Shown here: positions 1-12,687 of the stretch, piece by piece
Layout: each line of letters opens with the position of its first letter
Position numbering within the stretch: the stretch's first letter is position 1
Source of the DNA: the human T2T-CHM13v2.0 reference genome, Homo sapiens
Strand: one strand, 5' to 3'
NCBI RefSeq assembly: GCF_009914755.1
Contig: NC_060939.1
DNA length: 64,000 nucleotides
Position numbers and translations under genes: made by a program
Notes under the pieces: model-generated
The model's database searches: none
The model's input: the letters and a program-made list of their open reading frames with translations, nothing else
Told to the model about the DNA's origin: nothing

Positions 1-219
1 GCAACGTATTTTCTGGTGACAAAATTTACAATAGAGGAATATGAGTTGCTTTGTGACTGAAATTGTCTCTAAAGGCATATATTAGCCCTTGTCTAGTTTT
101 CTGACAACATATGAATTGCTCATGATTTTGCCAACATCAATGCTTTTTGTCCTAAATCAAAGTTTCTCCTTACTCTCCTCTTTCAGTTAGCATGAGAGTT
201 GTCACAGCCGACAGAGGCA

Positions 220-1158
220 ATGGATGAAGCCAATCACTCTGTGGTCTCTGAGTTTGTGTTCCTGGGACTCTCTGACTCGCGGAAGATCCAGCTCCTCCTC
301 TTCCTCTTTTTCTCAGTGTTCTATGTGTCAAGCCTGATGGGAAATCTCCTCATTGTGCTAACTGTGACCTCTGACCCTCATTTACAGTCCCCCATGTACT
401 TCCTGCTGGCCAACCTTTCCATCATCAATTTGGTATTTTGTTCCTCCACAGCTCCCAAGATGATTTATGACCTTTTCAGGAAGCACAAGACCATCTCTTT
501 TGGGGGCTGTGTAGTTCAGATCTTCTTTATCCATGCAGTTGGGGGAACTGAGATGGTGCTGCTCATAGCCATGGCTTTTGACCGATATGTGGCCATATGT
601 AAGCCTCTCCACTACCTGACCATCATGAACCCACAAAGGTGCATTTTGTTTTTAGTCATTTCCTGGATTATAGGTATTATTCACTCAGTGATTCAGTTGG
701 CTTTTGTTGTAGACCTGCTGTTCTGTGGCCCTAATGAATTAGATAGTTTCTTTTGTGATCTTCCTCGATTTATCAAACTGGCTTGCATAGAGACCTACAC
801 ATTGGGATTCATGGTTACTGCCAATAGTGGATTTATTTCTCTGGCTTCTTTTTTAATTCTCATAATCTCTTACATCTTTATTTTGGTGACTGTTCAGAAA
901 AAATCTTCAGGTGGTATATTCAAGGCTTTCTCTATGCTGTCAGCTCATGTCATTGTGGTGGTTTTGGTCTTTGGGCCATTAATCTTTTTCTATATTTTTC
1001 CATTTCCCACATCACATCTTGATAAATTCCTTGCCATCTTTGATGCAGTTATCACTCCCGTTTTGAATCCAGTCATCTATACTTTTAGAAATAAAGAGAT
1101 GATGGTGGCAATGAGAAGACGATGCTCTCAGTTTGTGAATTACAGTAAAATCTTTTAA
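220..1158 (+). CDS. OR4F6: Olfactory receptor, family 4F, intact 312 aa
   Basis: ATG at 220 (ORF track starts earlier at a TTG) to TAA, 939 bp; [13 protein letters not shown]-glycosylation site, GN in TM1, [50 protein letters not shown]; polypyrimidine/CAG acceptor ending at 186; protein recognised from memory. Confidence 0.93.
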   Translation: MDEANHSVVSEFVFLGLSDSRKIQLLLFLFFSVFYVSSLMGNLLIVLTVTSDPHLQSPMYFLLANLSIINLVFCSSTAPKMIYDLFRKHKTISFGGCVVQIFFIHAVGGTEMVLLIAMAFDRYVAICKPLHYLTIMNPQRCILFLVISWIIGIIHSVIQLAFVVDLLFCGPNELDSFFCDLPRFIKLACIETYTLGFMVTANSGFISLASFLILIISYIFILVTVQKKSSGGIFKAFSMLSAHVIVVVLVFGPLIFFYIFPFPTSHLDKFLAIFDAVITPVLNPVIYTFRNKEMMVAMRRRCSQFVNYSKIF

Positions 1159-1685
1159 ATATATTGAGAATATACAAAAAGGCAAATTATACTAGAATTT
1201 CAGACAGATATGTGTTAAGTAAGCTATGTTAAATTTAACCAGAATATCACTTTCTACTAGTATGTATTGTGTTGTCTTTTTTTTCTTCCCAAATTGAATT
1301 GTGGTATCAATCTCTTGCTTATATAGGAGATTTAAAGATTAAACAGTGTGGCTACTTTATTTCACCAACATTATTACCTATATATAATGTCAAATAGAAT
1401 TACTCTAAATGTTAAACAATCCATTTTGAATGTCGGTGTGTGGTTTATTGCCCATTTTCTATTTTTTCCATTTAAGGTAGATTATCTTGCTTTAAAGATA
1501 AAGGTTAATTTTTACTAGACTTACTGATTTGTCTTACTATGTAGCTAAGTTTTTTTTTTATTTTTTCAGCTCATTATCTGTTAGCTATTTATTTGTTTAT
1601 CTTTTTTCAAAGTCCATAAAGAGAAACTACACTTTTTTTTTTAAAGAGGAATTTTGGTATAAAGAATTAACTAAGTATTAAATTG

Positions 1686-2483
1686 TGTTAAATAAATTTT
1701 GTGGGAGCTACTGTTTTGGGCTAGCCTCCTGTATTAGGCCCCAGCCAACCAGGTGATATAGTTTGGCTCTGTGTCCCCACCCAAATCTCATCTTGAATTA
1801 TAATACTCATGTGTCAAGGGAAGAACCTGAGGGGAGGTGATTGGGTTATGGGAACAACATGGTTTCCCCCCGTTGTTCTCGTGATAGTGAGTGAGTCTCA
1901 CGAGATCTGATGGTTTTATAAGCTACTGGCATTTCCCCTGCTTGCACTCACTCCTTCCCGCCGCCTTATGAAGAAGATGCCTGCTCCTCTTTGCCTTCTA
2001 CCGTGTTTATAAGTTTCCTGAGGCCTCTCCAGCCATGCAGAACTGTGAGTCAATTAAATCTCTTTCCGTTATAAATTACCAAGTCATGGGTATTTCTTTA
2101 TAGCAGTGTAGAATGAACTAATACAGCAGGCAAACCAGAACAGAGTCATTTGTGCTAGGTGCCACGTAATCAGACTGAACTTCAAAATTAGCCATTTTCA
2201 ACCACCCCCCAACCCCCCCCCCCCCAAAAAAAACCCACATTACAGTCAGGCTGAGTCACTATAATACAAAAGTCCCTTCTGTTTAAAGTATCTTTGAAAA
2301 GGCCAATCCATTTTTTGTCTCTGATTCTGCTGTCTTCAGCCTTTTTCTGCCTACAAAGCCAAGCTCTTCTGCTCAGCTCATTGAGAACGTTTATTCTATT
2401 TGATAGAACGAGGTATTGCCCAATTCTAGAATCACTAATAAAAGCCAATTGATCTTTAAAATTGTAACTTCATAATTTTGACA
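1686..2483 (+). mobile_element. ERV1-class solo LTR (MER57/MER93-like), split by a THE1 LTR
   Basis: TGTTAAATAAA...TTTTGACA termini, AATAAA near 3' end, 4-bp flanks ATTG/GTTG; sequence reads through across the THE1 insertion. Confidence 0.65.
1754..2125 (+). mobile_element. THE1 (THE1C/D-like) MaLR solo LTR
   Basis: TGATATAGTTTGGCTCTGTGTCCCCACCCAAATCTCATCTTGAATT ... GAACTAATACA; 5-bp TSD CCAGG/GCAGG. Confidence 0.9.
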
Positions 2484-2539
2484 GTTGTTAACTAGTTATT
2501 TGAAAAAAGTGAACTTTAATATAAAAATGTAGCATTTGT

Positions 2540-3090
2540 AGGAAGTAGCTTTCACCCCTAGAAAGGGGGAGATAAAGGAAAGAGGTTAGAACTACTAGGA
2601 CTTAAATAAATAAAACACCCCAAACTCTTAAAGCTTGGAGGAAGAACCTGTGGAGGTGAAACTCAAATATCTCAGCAGAGGCGGTTGCTGCCTGGCTGGT
2701 GCTAGTGTCTCTGAGCTTAGAGGAGGCCCTCTGTGTCATAACACCCCTGAGGAAGAGGCACCGCTGGCTGGTGCAGGTGTTCCTGAGGAGGGTGTGAAGA
2801 GCAGAGCTCCTCTAGCATCGGAAAAACTAACTGGATTCAGCTGCTGCTTTGGAAAACAACCAAGGTTGCTGAGGTGATGAGTGTGGTTGGGTGATGCTGA
2901 CAGGCACAGCAGGCAGAGAGGAGGCAAACAGGAAGAAGAAAGTCCCTTTTTCTATCTCCAGCCTTGCAACTTCCCTCTAGTATCCCTAATGGTGAATCCA
3001 AGCAAGGAGAAGCTGAAAAGAAAAAAGAGAAAGTTGGCAGAGCCCCAGCTCCTGCATCATACAGAGTGTAGACAGACATGTTGGCACTGA
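2540..3090. mobile_element. Old degraded LTR-like element, family uncertain
   Basis: Purine-rich stretch with motifs resembling ancient ERVL-type LTRs (CCAGCCTTGCAACTTCCCTCTAG, GCAGAGCCCCAGCTCCTGCATCA). Confidence 0.35.
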
Positions 3091-3507
3091 AAGTACATGT
3101 GGTTACTTAGTAGGATCATAGAGTTTTTGAATTTTAAAGTAAATTATAAATAATTTCAGTCCTTCCTCATTTTGGAAACTCTCGACTACTAGAAAAGAAA
3201 GTAATTAGTTCAAGATGATAAAAGTAGTGTATGGAAGATCCAAATCCAGATCCTAGAACCCAGACTGACAGACTCCTGGTCTTCTGCTGTCTTCTATCAT
3301 TTTAGAACATATTTGCATAGTTGATAAATCTGGTGTTCCCACTGGACTGTTAATTTTTTTACTTACATAAGATATGATTCACCTTGTATCTTGAGTGACT
3401 GTCAAATAGCAGAGTTTCAACAGATGTTCAAGCATGATTTTCACTTAATCTATTCAGTCCTATTTTACATTTCTTTTTCTGATTCTTTGGATAGTTTTAA
3501 AATGAAG

Positions 3508-4050
3508 CTTTTATTTTGGAATAATTTTAGATGTACAGAAAAGTTACAGAGATAGTCCAGAGGGTGCCCATATGCCCCTTACCAAGTTTCAGGTTCCCCT
3601 AATGTTATCACCTTATATTTCCATGGTACATTTTCCAAAACTGAGAAATCATCACTGGTATAATACATTACTGTAAACTAAACTCTAGACTTTATTCAAA
3701 TTTCACCAATTTTTTCCATTAATGTCTTTTTATGTTTCAGAATCCAATCTGAATATCACATTACATTTAGCTATTAGGTCTCTTTAATCTCCTCTGAGGT
3801 TTGTGACAATTTCTCAGTCTTACCTTGCTTTTCATGGTGTCACATCTTAGAGGAATATTGGTCAGATATTTTGTAGAATGTCCCTCAATTTGAGTTTGTC
3901 TGACATTTTTTATTATAGTTATACATGGGTTCTGGATTTTTTAAAAGAATACCCAAAAGATGAAAAGATCTTCTAATCACGTGATAACAGGGAGTACATA
4001 ATATCCACACAGCATCGCTGGTGATGTTAAATTTGCTTAATTGGTTTATT
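3508..4050 (-). mobile_element. L1MC-type LINE-1 3' end fragment
   Basis: TTTTATTTTGGAATAATTTTAGATGTACAGAAAAGTTAC...CCCCTAATGTTATCACCTTATAT, typical of antisense L1MB8/L1MC 3' UTR. Confidence 0.7.
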
Positions 4051-5545
4051 ATTTGATCTTGATACAAGAGAAGTGACTTCTTAGATGTTACATATGGCAT
4101 CTGCATTCTTTCTTCCTAATTAAGCTCCCCCAAGTTATCTATGGGATAGATGATGGTTTGTTGTAATTTGAGTATGTAACAGATTTTTCTTGGGGGTATG
4201 ACTGGGGTAGAGATTTTCTTGGCATATAGATTTTTCTTGGGGTTCATTTCAACTCCATCCCACCACGGTAGGATTGTAAAGGCAAGCTGTGTACATGATT
4301 GTTCTACGTCCTCTTCTCTTGCTCCTTCTTTGATTCAGTTACGTTTTGCTTCTATACAGATGGAACTCTTGGCCTCTCTCTTTTTGAGTTTCCTAGTCTT
4401 ATGACTTCAGAACTGATGTTTGTATTTCAAATCTTTGTCTATTTATGCTTAGTTTTCCCTAGGAGTTCTCACTGGAGAATCTTTGGCAGTATAACCATCT
4501 TAGCCGGTTCCTAGTGCCTCTATATTTCACCCTCTGGCCTAATTCTGTATGAGTGGGCATTTGAATATTTTGTCATGAATTTCTGATGTGTAATTGCTAG
4601 CACAGCAACATGGATGAATTAATGACTGCTCTTTAAAACCCTAAGTCTAGGGTCAGGACTATGGAGAAGAACATGATATTTGTGCCCCCACTTTGATATA
4701 ATTTCTGGGGTTGGAACTATTCATTAATTTAGATCAGTCATTGGCTTTATTTGCAGTTTTTCCCATACCACAAAACAGTGGTTAATAAAATAATTCTCAC
4801 TACTTCAAAAGATCAATGCCTCATAATGCTTTAAAAGACATGATCCTTGTCATTGCTGATCTCTAGGGAGACAATGTCGAAGGTGTCCACGGCAGTGTTG
4901 GTTTTGGTATAGGGAAGATATGATCTTCAAAATATTAAACAACTGCATTGATCAGAACAGATGCTGGTCCCAGAGTTGGAGCAAGATCCTGGAGACTCCT
5001 GCTGTTCCAGGCATTAACTTTTAGTAGCTGATTCATAAGGAGTTCTGAGGAAGCAACTTGGAAGCGGTTGGAACCTTAAGAGGCTTGTGACAGTGGCTAT
5101 ATTCTAACCAGTGTGCAAGTATTTTAATTTTTTACAACTGGTATTATTACATTGGTGTCTTCTAGCTAAATATTAACATTGTTGGTATGTGAGGGTTGAA
5201 GTTAGAAGCAAGGTCCAATACTTGCTTAATCCAATCAGTGACCCTGAAAAACTTGGGGGTGATCTGAGTACTCAGAAAGGCAGAATGTGGTGCATACCCA
5301 CCATGGAGTGCTCTGCAGTATTTAGAAGTGATATACTAGATGTACATATAGCAACATGAGACAAGTGGAAAAAAAGAATCAGAATGAGATATAGAATACC
5401 ATTTTCTATGTATATGCATACAAACAATACTACATGTTTCACGATAACACAAAAGCAAGACACACTTAAAAACACCAGAATGACTGTCTTTGAGAGAAAG
5501 GGATTGAGAACGGAAATTAAAGGGGATAAACAAGAAAAACAAGAG

Positions 5546-5615
5546 TGCTTGTTGTAACCCAGTGATCATTGCTTGTTGATCAATTGATCAATGCTTGTTG
5601 TAAACCAATGATCAT
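5546..5615. repeat. Short imperfect triplication containing a 16-bp palindrome
   Basis: TGCTTGTTG-initiated units x3; TTGATCAATTGATCAA at 5576-5591. Confidence 0.8.
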
Positions 5616-6098
5616 TAAGCACCATGGACAGAGACACATGATTACACCTAAGGTTAGAAAACCACACAAGTCCCGTTGCTTCCTCTTAATATTTTGAAAT
5701 CAATCCTTATTCATATTATTCCTGCTTCCTGATGACAGACACAGTAAAAGATAATGGAATTACTTCAACAGCTGGATTCTTTTATTAAATTCAATGAATA
5801 TAGTCTTCTTTGATTACAGGAAACTGCAAGTTGCTTTGGAAAAAATGAATGTGAATTAGATAAAGCCTATATCTTCAAAGTGCTTGGTACAATATGCTAC
5901 ATTTATAACTTATAAAAGTCACATTATAAGATACTAAAATTTTTTATAGCTTACTCTTTTACTTGCCTACTTTATTCATTATAGATAAAATTTAAAAGGA
6001 TTCCATATGATTTTTATGAATATCTTGGGAAGTGGATATTATTAGATTATCTAGAGACACTTTCATTTATCATGATAGGATTTAAATTGTTAAAGATT

Positions 6099-6422
6099 GT
6101 GTCCTTTGCAGGGACATGGATGGCGCTGGAGGCCATTATCTTTAGCATACTAACTCAGGAATAGAAAACCAAAAACCACATGTTCTCACTTATAAGTGGG
6201 AGCTAAATGATGAGAACACATGGACACATAGAGGGAAGCAACACAAACTAGGGCCTATTGGAGGTTGGGAGGAGGGAGAGGATCAGGAAAAATAACTAAT
6301 GGGTACTAAGCCTAATACCTGAGTGATTAATCTGCACAATAAACCCACATGACACACCTTTACCTATGTAACAAACCTGCACATGTACCCCTGACCTTAA
6401 AATAAAAGTGAAAAAGAAAAAT
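6099..6422 (+). mobile_element. Older L1PA 3' end, 5'-truncated
   Basis: GTCCTTTGCAGGGACATGGATG...AACAAACCTGCACATGTACCCCTGACCTTAAAATAAAAG plus A-rich tail. Confidence 0.9.
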
Positions 6423-6477
6423 AATCCAGAAAAATATAAAGTGGTGGAGATTGATTTTTCTTAGAGATTCTAGAGTC

Positions 6478-6710
6478 ATTCCTTTCTCCTGTGACTCATT
6501 ATCAACATTTCTTCTTTGTTGCTTTGCATGTATTTCTAGGAGACAATTTCTTGGCTCATTGACTTTAGAGTTGCAGTCCCAGGTCATTATAGCTTTATTA
6601 GGTCACTATCCTCCAGTGCAGTTAATTAGCTATTTTTCCATTTATATAAAGATTTTAAATACCTCTGTGTGCTTGAGATGATAGTCTGTAAATAGCTACA
6701 AGGTAAGGAT
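6478..6710 (+). promoter_or_regulatory. Candidate OR4F15 promoter/first non-coding exon (module copy 1)
   Basis: GACTCATTA and GTCCCAGGTCATTA (homeodomain TAATGA next to O/E-like site), TTAATTAG, TATATAAA, donor AAG|GTAAGG at 6703 (alternative CAG|GTAACA at 6774); homologous to three other copies. Confidence 0.6.
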
Positions 6711-7705
6711 GGCATGAAGTTCACAATGGGAGCATGATAAACTAGATAAACTTCAGCTGCAAGAAAGACTCAGGTAACAGTTTGTTAGCCTGGGGCAGAA
6801 AGAAACAGGTGGTTGTGGTGGGGAAATGGTGATCACAGGAAAGGCATAAATATGAATTACCTGGAAAGGGAGAACAAGAATTAACCTTAGTTTTTAACTA
6901 AAACTTAGAAATGACTTGGAGATCCAAAGGTGCAAAGGAGTACACTACAGAGTCTGGAGTCTGCACTGTGGCTTGGTTCAGGGCAGGACTAGGATGCATG
7001 TAAAGTTGTTTGTGGTATCCAGAGACTTTTGGGGAAATCTATTAGCCCTGAAAATGAAGACAAACATGCTTGTTGTCTTCCTAACAAGCTTGTTGTTTAC
7101 TTCTATTTCTAGAGAAGACCCAAGATATAAAAAGGAGAAAGTTCATCAGATACTAGTCATAAGTGAAGCTTTAAAAGATGAAATTCCAGTTTCATGGACT
7201 CAAGATGGAGAAGGAATAATTGAAAACATTTGGAAGAAAAACATCTGGGTTTTTAACTCACCCTGAACTAAAAAAATGTAGTGTCTGTTAAAATTAGTTG
7301 ATTGAAGAATGGAGGAAAAAAAAGTAGGAAACTAAATGTGTAATGTTTAACAACCTGCAATAAATCCTCCTATACTTGTTCATGTTTTCAAAACATTTAT
7401 GATAAATTTTTAGGTCTATATAATGAGAAGTTTAGGTAGTGAAATGGAGTGATTAGACAAAAGTGACAAGATAAAGAGGTAGAAGATGGATCCTTTGAGG
7501 AAGGCTAAAGCAAATTGAGGTGAATAAAACTAGAGGGTACAGATGAGTGATCTTTATTTGCTTTTACCAACATCAAGGATATTAAGCACTTATCTGACAG
7601 AGTACCTGACAACTTCTTTATATCCACAGGGGATGAATTAAGTGGATATCAGCTTAGTTGAAAGGATGGAGATTTCCTTTTTGTAAGAGAACATTTGGAC
7701 TTTTA

Positions 7706-8041
<336 letters not shown>

Positions 8042-9719
8042 TCATAATAGCTAAGAAATATATTTTTGAACCTTGAAAACTGAGGGAAAAACTGACATTT
8101 CCTGGATGGGTAAATAAAGGAACTGGTTCAGAACGTAGTCTCAGATCTTTTCCAGCTCATTGAGTTTATTGATTGAGAATAATGAACATCTTTTTAAGAA
8201 AATTTTAAAATGTAGTGATCATAAATCTATTCTAAGAAGTTGCCCAATTCCGATCCCATGCAATTCCAGTTAGGTGAATTTAAATTTAAATGATTCCATC
8301 AAATGCTAGACTATCTGTATTTGTCACACTATCACAATTGTTTAGTGTAAATAGATGATAACTATAATTCATGTCATTGTAATTATTGAGAGCAATAGCC
8401 AGGCCAGAACTAGGGAACTCAAAGCAGGATATCTCCTAATGGCAATGGCCTTAGGAGAGAACACATTCTTTCCATGGAGGGTTTGGGATGCATCAAAATA
8501 ATCAAACACTTATAACCCAATGTGTCATCCTGGAAGCCATTCAGCGACCCAAAGATGAATACTTAATACTTAAGAAATGTGAAGACAAGAGGACAAAAGC
8601 TGAGTAAATTTTTAGATCTGCTGCCATTTGCTCTTTGTATTATTTTCTCATCTTTGCTTTATGAGGGATTGTGAAGTAGGTAAATTTTGTGTTTAGCTCA
8701 ATTTATTCTTTTACTCAGTTCTGGCTTCATTCCTGCGACTCTTATTCTCCTACCCAGCCCTTCAGCTATTACTCTGTCTCCTGAAGCAACCAGCCCTTGA
8801 TAATCCTTCTTGGGTAATGACTCAGCTTAAAAATGGATCACTTATTTCTTCATCATTAAGAGTCTCATGTCTTGCATGCATGCGATCTCCACTAAGGAAA
8901 GCCAGCTGTTATTTTTTTTGTCTGCAATGCTCAATGGAGTATCCTTCCTGTAGCAATGTAAGCAAAACAAGGGACTTTAGTATCTTAACCTAAAGGAAAA
9001 CAACTCTAATGCTGCAGTTTTTTAACCTAAAAGAAAGCAGCTCTAATGTTAAAGGAAATATTTTGGGGCACTGGAGCTTTTAATATTGCACATCTACACA
9101 AACTCCTACTTTGCTATTTCTTCCCCTTTATCACAATTTTCCACTTAATGAACCATCTTAGTCTCCTGTTGAATTCAATAATTCAATTTCCCCTTTTCTT
9201 TTTTTCTCATCTCTTTCCTTTCTGATTTAAAAAATGTATTTAACTTAAAAAAATCCACCTTGCCCTCTGTGTAGGCTCTGTCTTTGAGTAAACTTTACAC
9301 AGAATCTCATATTTTTTGAATGACCTAATAACCCTCTTTTAGTTTTGTCTTTTCCTTGTAAATTCATTAAAAGTGAAGTTTACCACTATTTCTTTTGTTA
9401 TTCTGAGTTGTCAGTTTTTGCTATTCAAATTTCAGTTTGGAGGAAGCACCACATATATTTCTACTTCACAGCATATTTTTATTATTCCTACTTCATGGAA
9501 GCCTTAATAGCATCTTTGCTAGAAGGCTGTTTTTTCTCTTAGTGATCAGAAGGATTTATTTTTGTCTTTGTTACCCATTTCTAGACAAGTGTTTGTCAGT
9601 TTATAGTTCAGGTCATGAGGATTTAGATGTAAATCACAGAATGGTTTGCACAACTCTTACTTAAAATTGCTCTGATAACCTTAGATTCTCATTTTATCTA
9701 TGTTCAATTTCTTATTAAA

Positions 9720-9822
9720 CATAATGTATATATTTTCACCTTTATATCATCTCTAAGGTTTAGTGCATTGTTAGGCACTTGATAGATACAGCATAAATAC
9801 TTGTCGAATGAATGAGTGAATA
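9720..9822 (+). mobile_element. L2 3' end fragment
   Basis: ...GGCACTTGATAGATACAGCATAAATACTTGTCGAATGAATGAGTGAAT. Confidence 0.6.
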
Positions 9823-10582
9823 AGCCAACAAATCTCCCCAGCATTGTTTTTGAGTTGCTTTACAGTCAATACAAAGAATCATGGTATGTGAAACATGACC
9901 CCACCAGTTTTATATATATATATATGTGGGGAGATAAAACCAATCGTATTTATTGGATAAAACCCACTGGAAAATAGTGTAATAGAAGTTATAGTGGTAA
10001 GAATTCAGATAAAGGAAGAAGTCAGAAAACAGATCTCCTGAAAGTAGAAATTAGAGTGAGACTCCCCAGGTAGTTGATAAATTATAGACTTTCTTCAAAT
10101 GTTCTTACCCTTTCTGTAGAATGAAAATCTGTATGTGACACAAAAATTGCATTTGCTGTGGTGAATATGGATTCCACAAAAGCAAGAATTCTTGTCAATG
10201 CTATATGCCCAACCTCTGGAATTGTATCTGGAATCCTGGGCACTGAAGATATTTTTTGAATTAATGAACAAAAATCATTCGGAGAACCACTCAGGAGATA
10301 ATTATATACCTAGAATAACTATTTTTTAAAGAACATGTTGGTTGACTAATGATCATTGTTTCCTTATTGATAGTCATTAGTGGCCATGCTTGGTCCTACA
10401 TGTAACTGGAGTCAGAAGTCACTAATGTGTAGTTACAGAGCAAAAGTCAGGATGCACCATCTGTCCCCATTCCCTCAATATCTCTTCCACCTTCCTGACA
10501 GGCTACTTGAAATCCCTCTGTCAGATTCATTACTTTAAGATTTTCCTTTTCCCCCTAAAACACCTGTTCACAGTAAGAAAGC

Positions 10583-11066
10583 TGTGCTGTATAGAATAAT
10601 GGCCTTCAAAAATGTTCATGTCCTAATTCCTGGATCTGGCAAAAAGGTACAGATATGAATAATTTAAGAATCTTGATTTACTTGGATTATCTGGAACTTC
10701 CCAATGAATTACAAGGGTCCTTATAAGAGGAAGAGTCAGAGGAGATGCGATGACAGAAGTTGAGGTTGGAGTGATGAACTTTTAAGAGGCAGAATGTCAT
10801 GAGCCAAGCAAGGGATGGAGGCATCCTCTAGAAGCTGGAAAAGGCAAGAAACGGATTCTTTTCTAGAAGCTCCAGGAGGAATGCAGCTCTGTTGACACCT
10901 TGATTTTAGCTCTGAAAACTCATTTTATTGATTTTAGCTCTGAAAACTCATCTTAGGCTTCTTTACTTTAGAACAGTAAGAATATAACGTGTGTGTGTGT
11001 GTGTGTGTGTGGTAAGCCACTAGATTTGTAGTAGCTTGTTACAACAGCAATAGTAAACTAATGTAA
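10583..11066 (+). mobile_element. MLT1 (MLT1C/D-like) MaLR LTR with internal ~28-bp duplication and (TG)n
   Basis: AGAATAATGGCCTTCAAAAATGTTCATGTCCTAATTCC, CTAGAAGCTGGAAAAGGCAAGAAACGGATTCT, TAAGCCACTAGATTTGTAGTAGCTTGTTACAACAGCAATAG; TTGATTTTAGCTCTGAAAACTCAT x2; (TG)n 10989-11011. Confidence 0.88.
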
Positions 11067-12687
11067 CAAGTATTTACTGTAAAGAACTTTGAATGGGAGT
11101 AAAAAGTTCTTGGTCCCAGTATAAATTTTCCCACCAATTACCTTTGTGAGGCTGAGTAGATTGCTTCCTATATTTCTTTCTTTATGAATTATTTATAAAA
11201 CATAAATGTTGGACTAAATCAGGAACACTTCATTGAACAATGAAACTCTAATGGTTTATTTCGGGCAGTTGTTCTTCATCCTTAAAGAATCATAATATTG
11301 TCACACCTCCCCATGCTGGGACCTGGCCACCATTCTTTAGTTTATTTTCTGGACTTAATCTCCATTACTCAATCATCATCTTCTTCCAGAGTGCAGATAC
11401 AGACACTGTCTGGTTCTTTTCGGTCCATATTTTATTTCTGTCCCTTTTATTCGCTCCAAATGTATTTTGATAAAAAAGAGAGACTGCCTTTATGTGACAT
11501 GGTTTTTATCTTATGGTATCCTCTAGGGGTGTATTATCTACATTAGAGGAGATTATTTGTTTCAGCTCATTACATATTTTATATAAAAATTGAGATTGAA
11601 AATCATTTATAAAATGAAGTGGTTTCTTCCATTTTGAACCATATTAGAAGCCTTTTATTGACTATTTAAAATGAATAATAAGACCCCATATTTATTTTTA
11701 TGACATCTTATGCAAATGTTTCTTTGAGTGGTTAAATAAGTACAGGATTGAAATAGGGATACTGTGATAATTCCTGACTGGCATGCTGTTAATATACTAT
11801 TAATATAAACCTTACTGAATTATGAGGTACTCTCTTGACTCCAGTGTCATTCTTCAGTCTCATTAATTTACGCCTTCATTCAACAAGTGTGAAACACTTA
11901 TTATGTGACTGATTGTGTTGGTCACAAGTGGTGATTGTGATGATGGTGGGAGCTACCGTTGTGGATCAGTTACGGCTTCTATACCCAAGAGTCTACATTT
12001 TAATTGGAGAAATGGACATTTATATAACTGTGAGAAGCAGAGTAAAATAAATGCTAATGGTGCGATGAGAATACAGAGTCTGGGGCACATTGGGAAGATT
12101 TCACACATAAGCGAGAATTTGGCTGGGATTTTGAGAATTAGATTTTGTGAACTGGAGAATAGAATAAAAGAAATTTTGAAATTTAAAAAAGGAAGGGAAA
12201 CTTCTAAAGTCTAATCAAGCAATATAAATAATAGAATAGAGACTTTGAAAGCTGTATGCTGTGCATGAGTAATTGTTAGGTGGCTCATGTGACTGGCTGA
12301 AATCATATCCATTGATAAGAAATCATAGTGAAAAGTATTTAAAGATGACCTTATATCTCACCCAAATAGAACATCCTGGGAAGGATCAAATAGGAAATAT
12401 TCATGTAACACAAAAGCAGAGGAGAGCTAGGTCTAAGGATGGAATTAATTTAGTAGTAGTAGTTTTGAAAACCATAATGCCAAATAGCAGCCAGCTGACC
12501 CCTCTAAGTGGAAGTCCAGGGTGCATGTGATGAGGGTTATTTGGCTGTGTAAGATGTTAATATGATAGTTATTTTCATGGCTGGAGGCTTTCTTTCTTGA
12601 ACATGAATACTTGCCTAGGTAATTCTTTCTCATTTTCTTTCTTCCTTCAGGTAAGTAACATGAAAACTGATCTTGGAGTCTGAGGCA

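Noticed and set aside
199-219. N-terminal extensions in the ORF track (MSQPTEA at 199, MESEA at 12673, MSGV at 43252)
   Set aside because: They start at TTG/GTG; homology and the common 939-bp length place the starts at ATG 220, 12688 and 43146
382-636. Similar antisense ORFs opposite the OR genes (382-636, 13183-13371, 23674-23925, 43102-43557, 43612-43830)
   Set aside because: Shadow frames of the paralogous sense CDSs; no independent evidence
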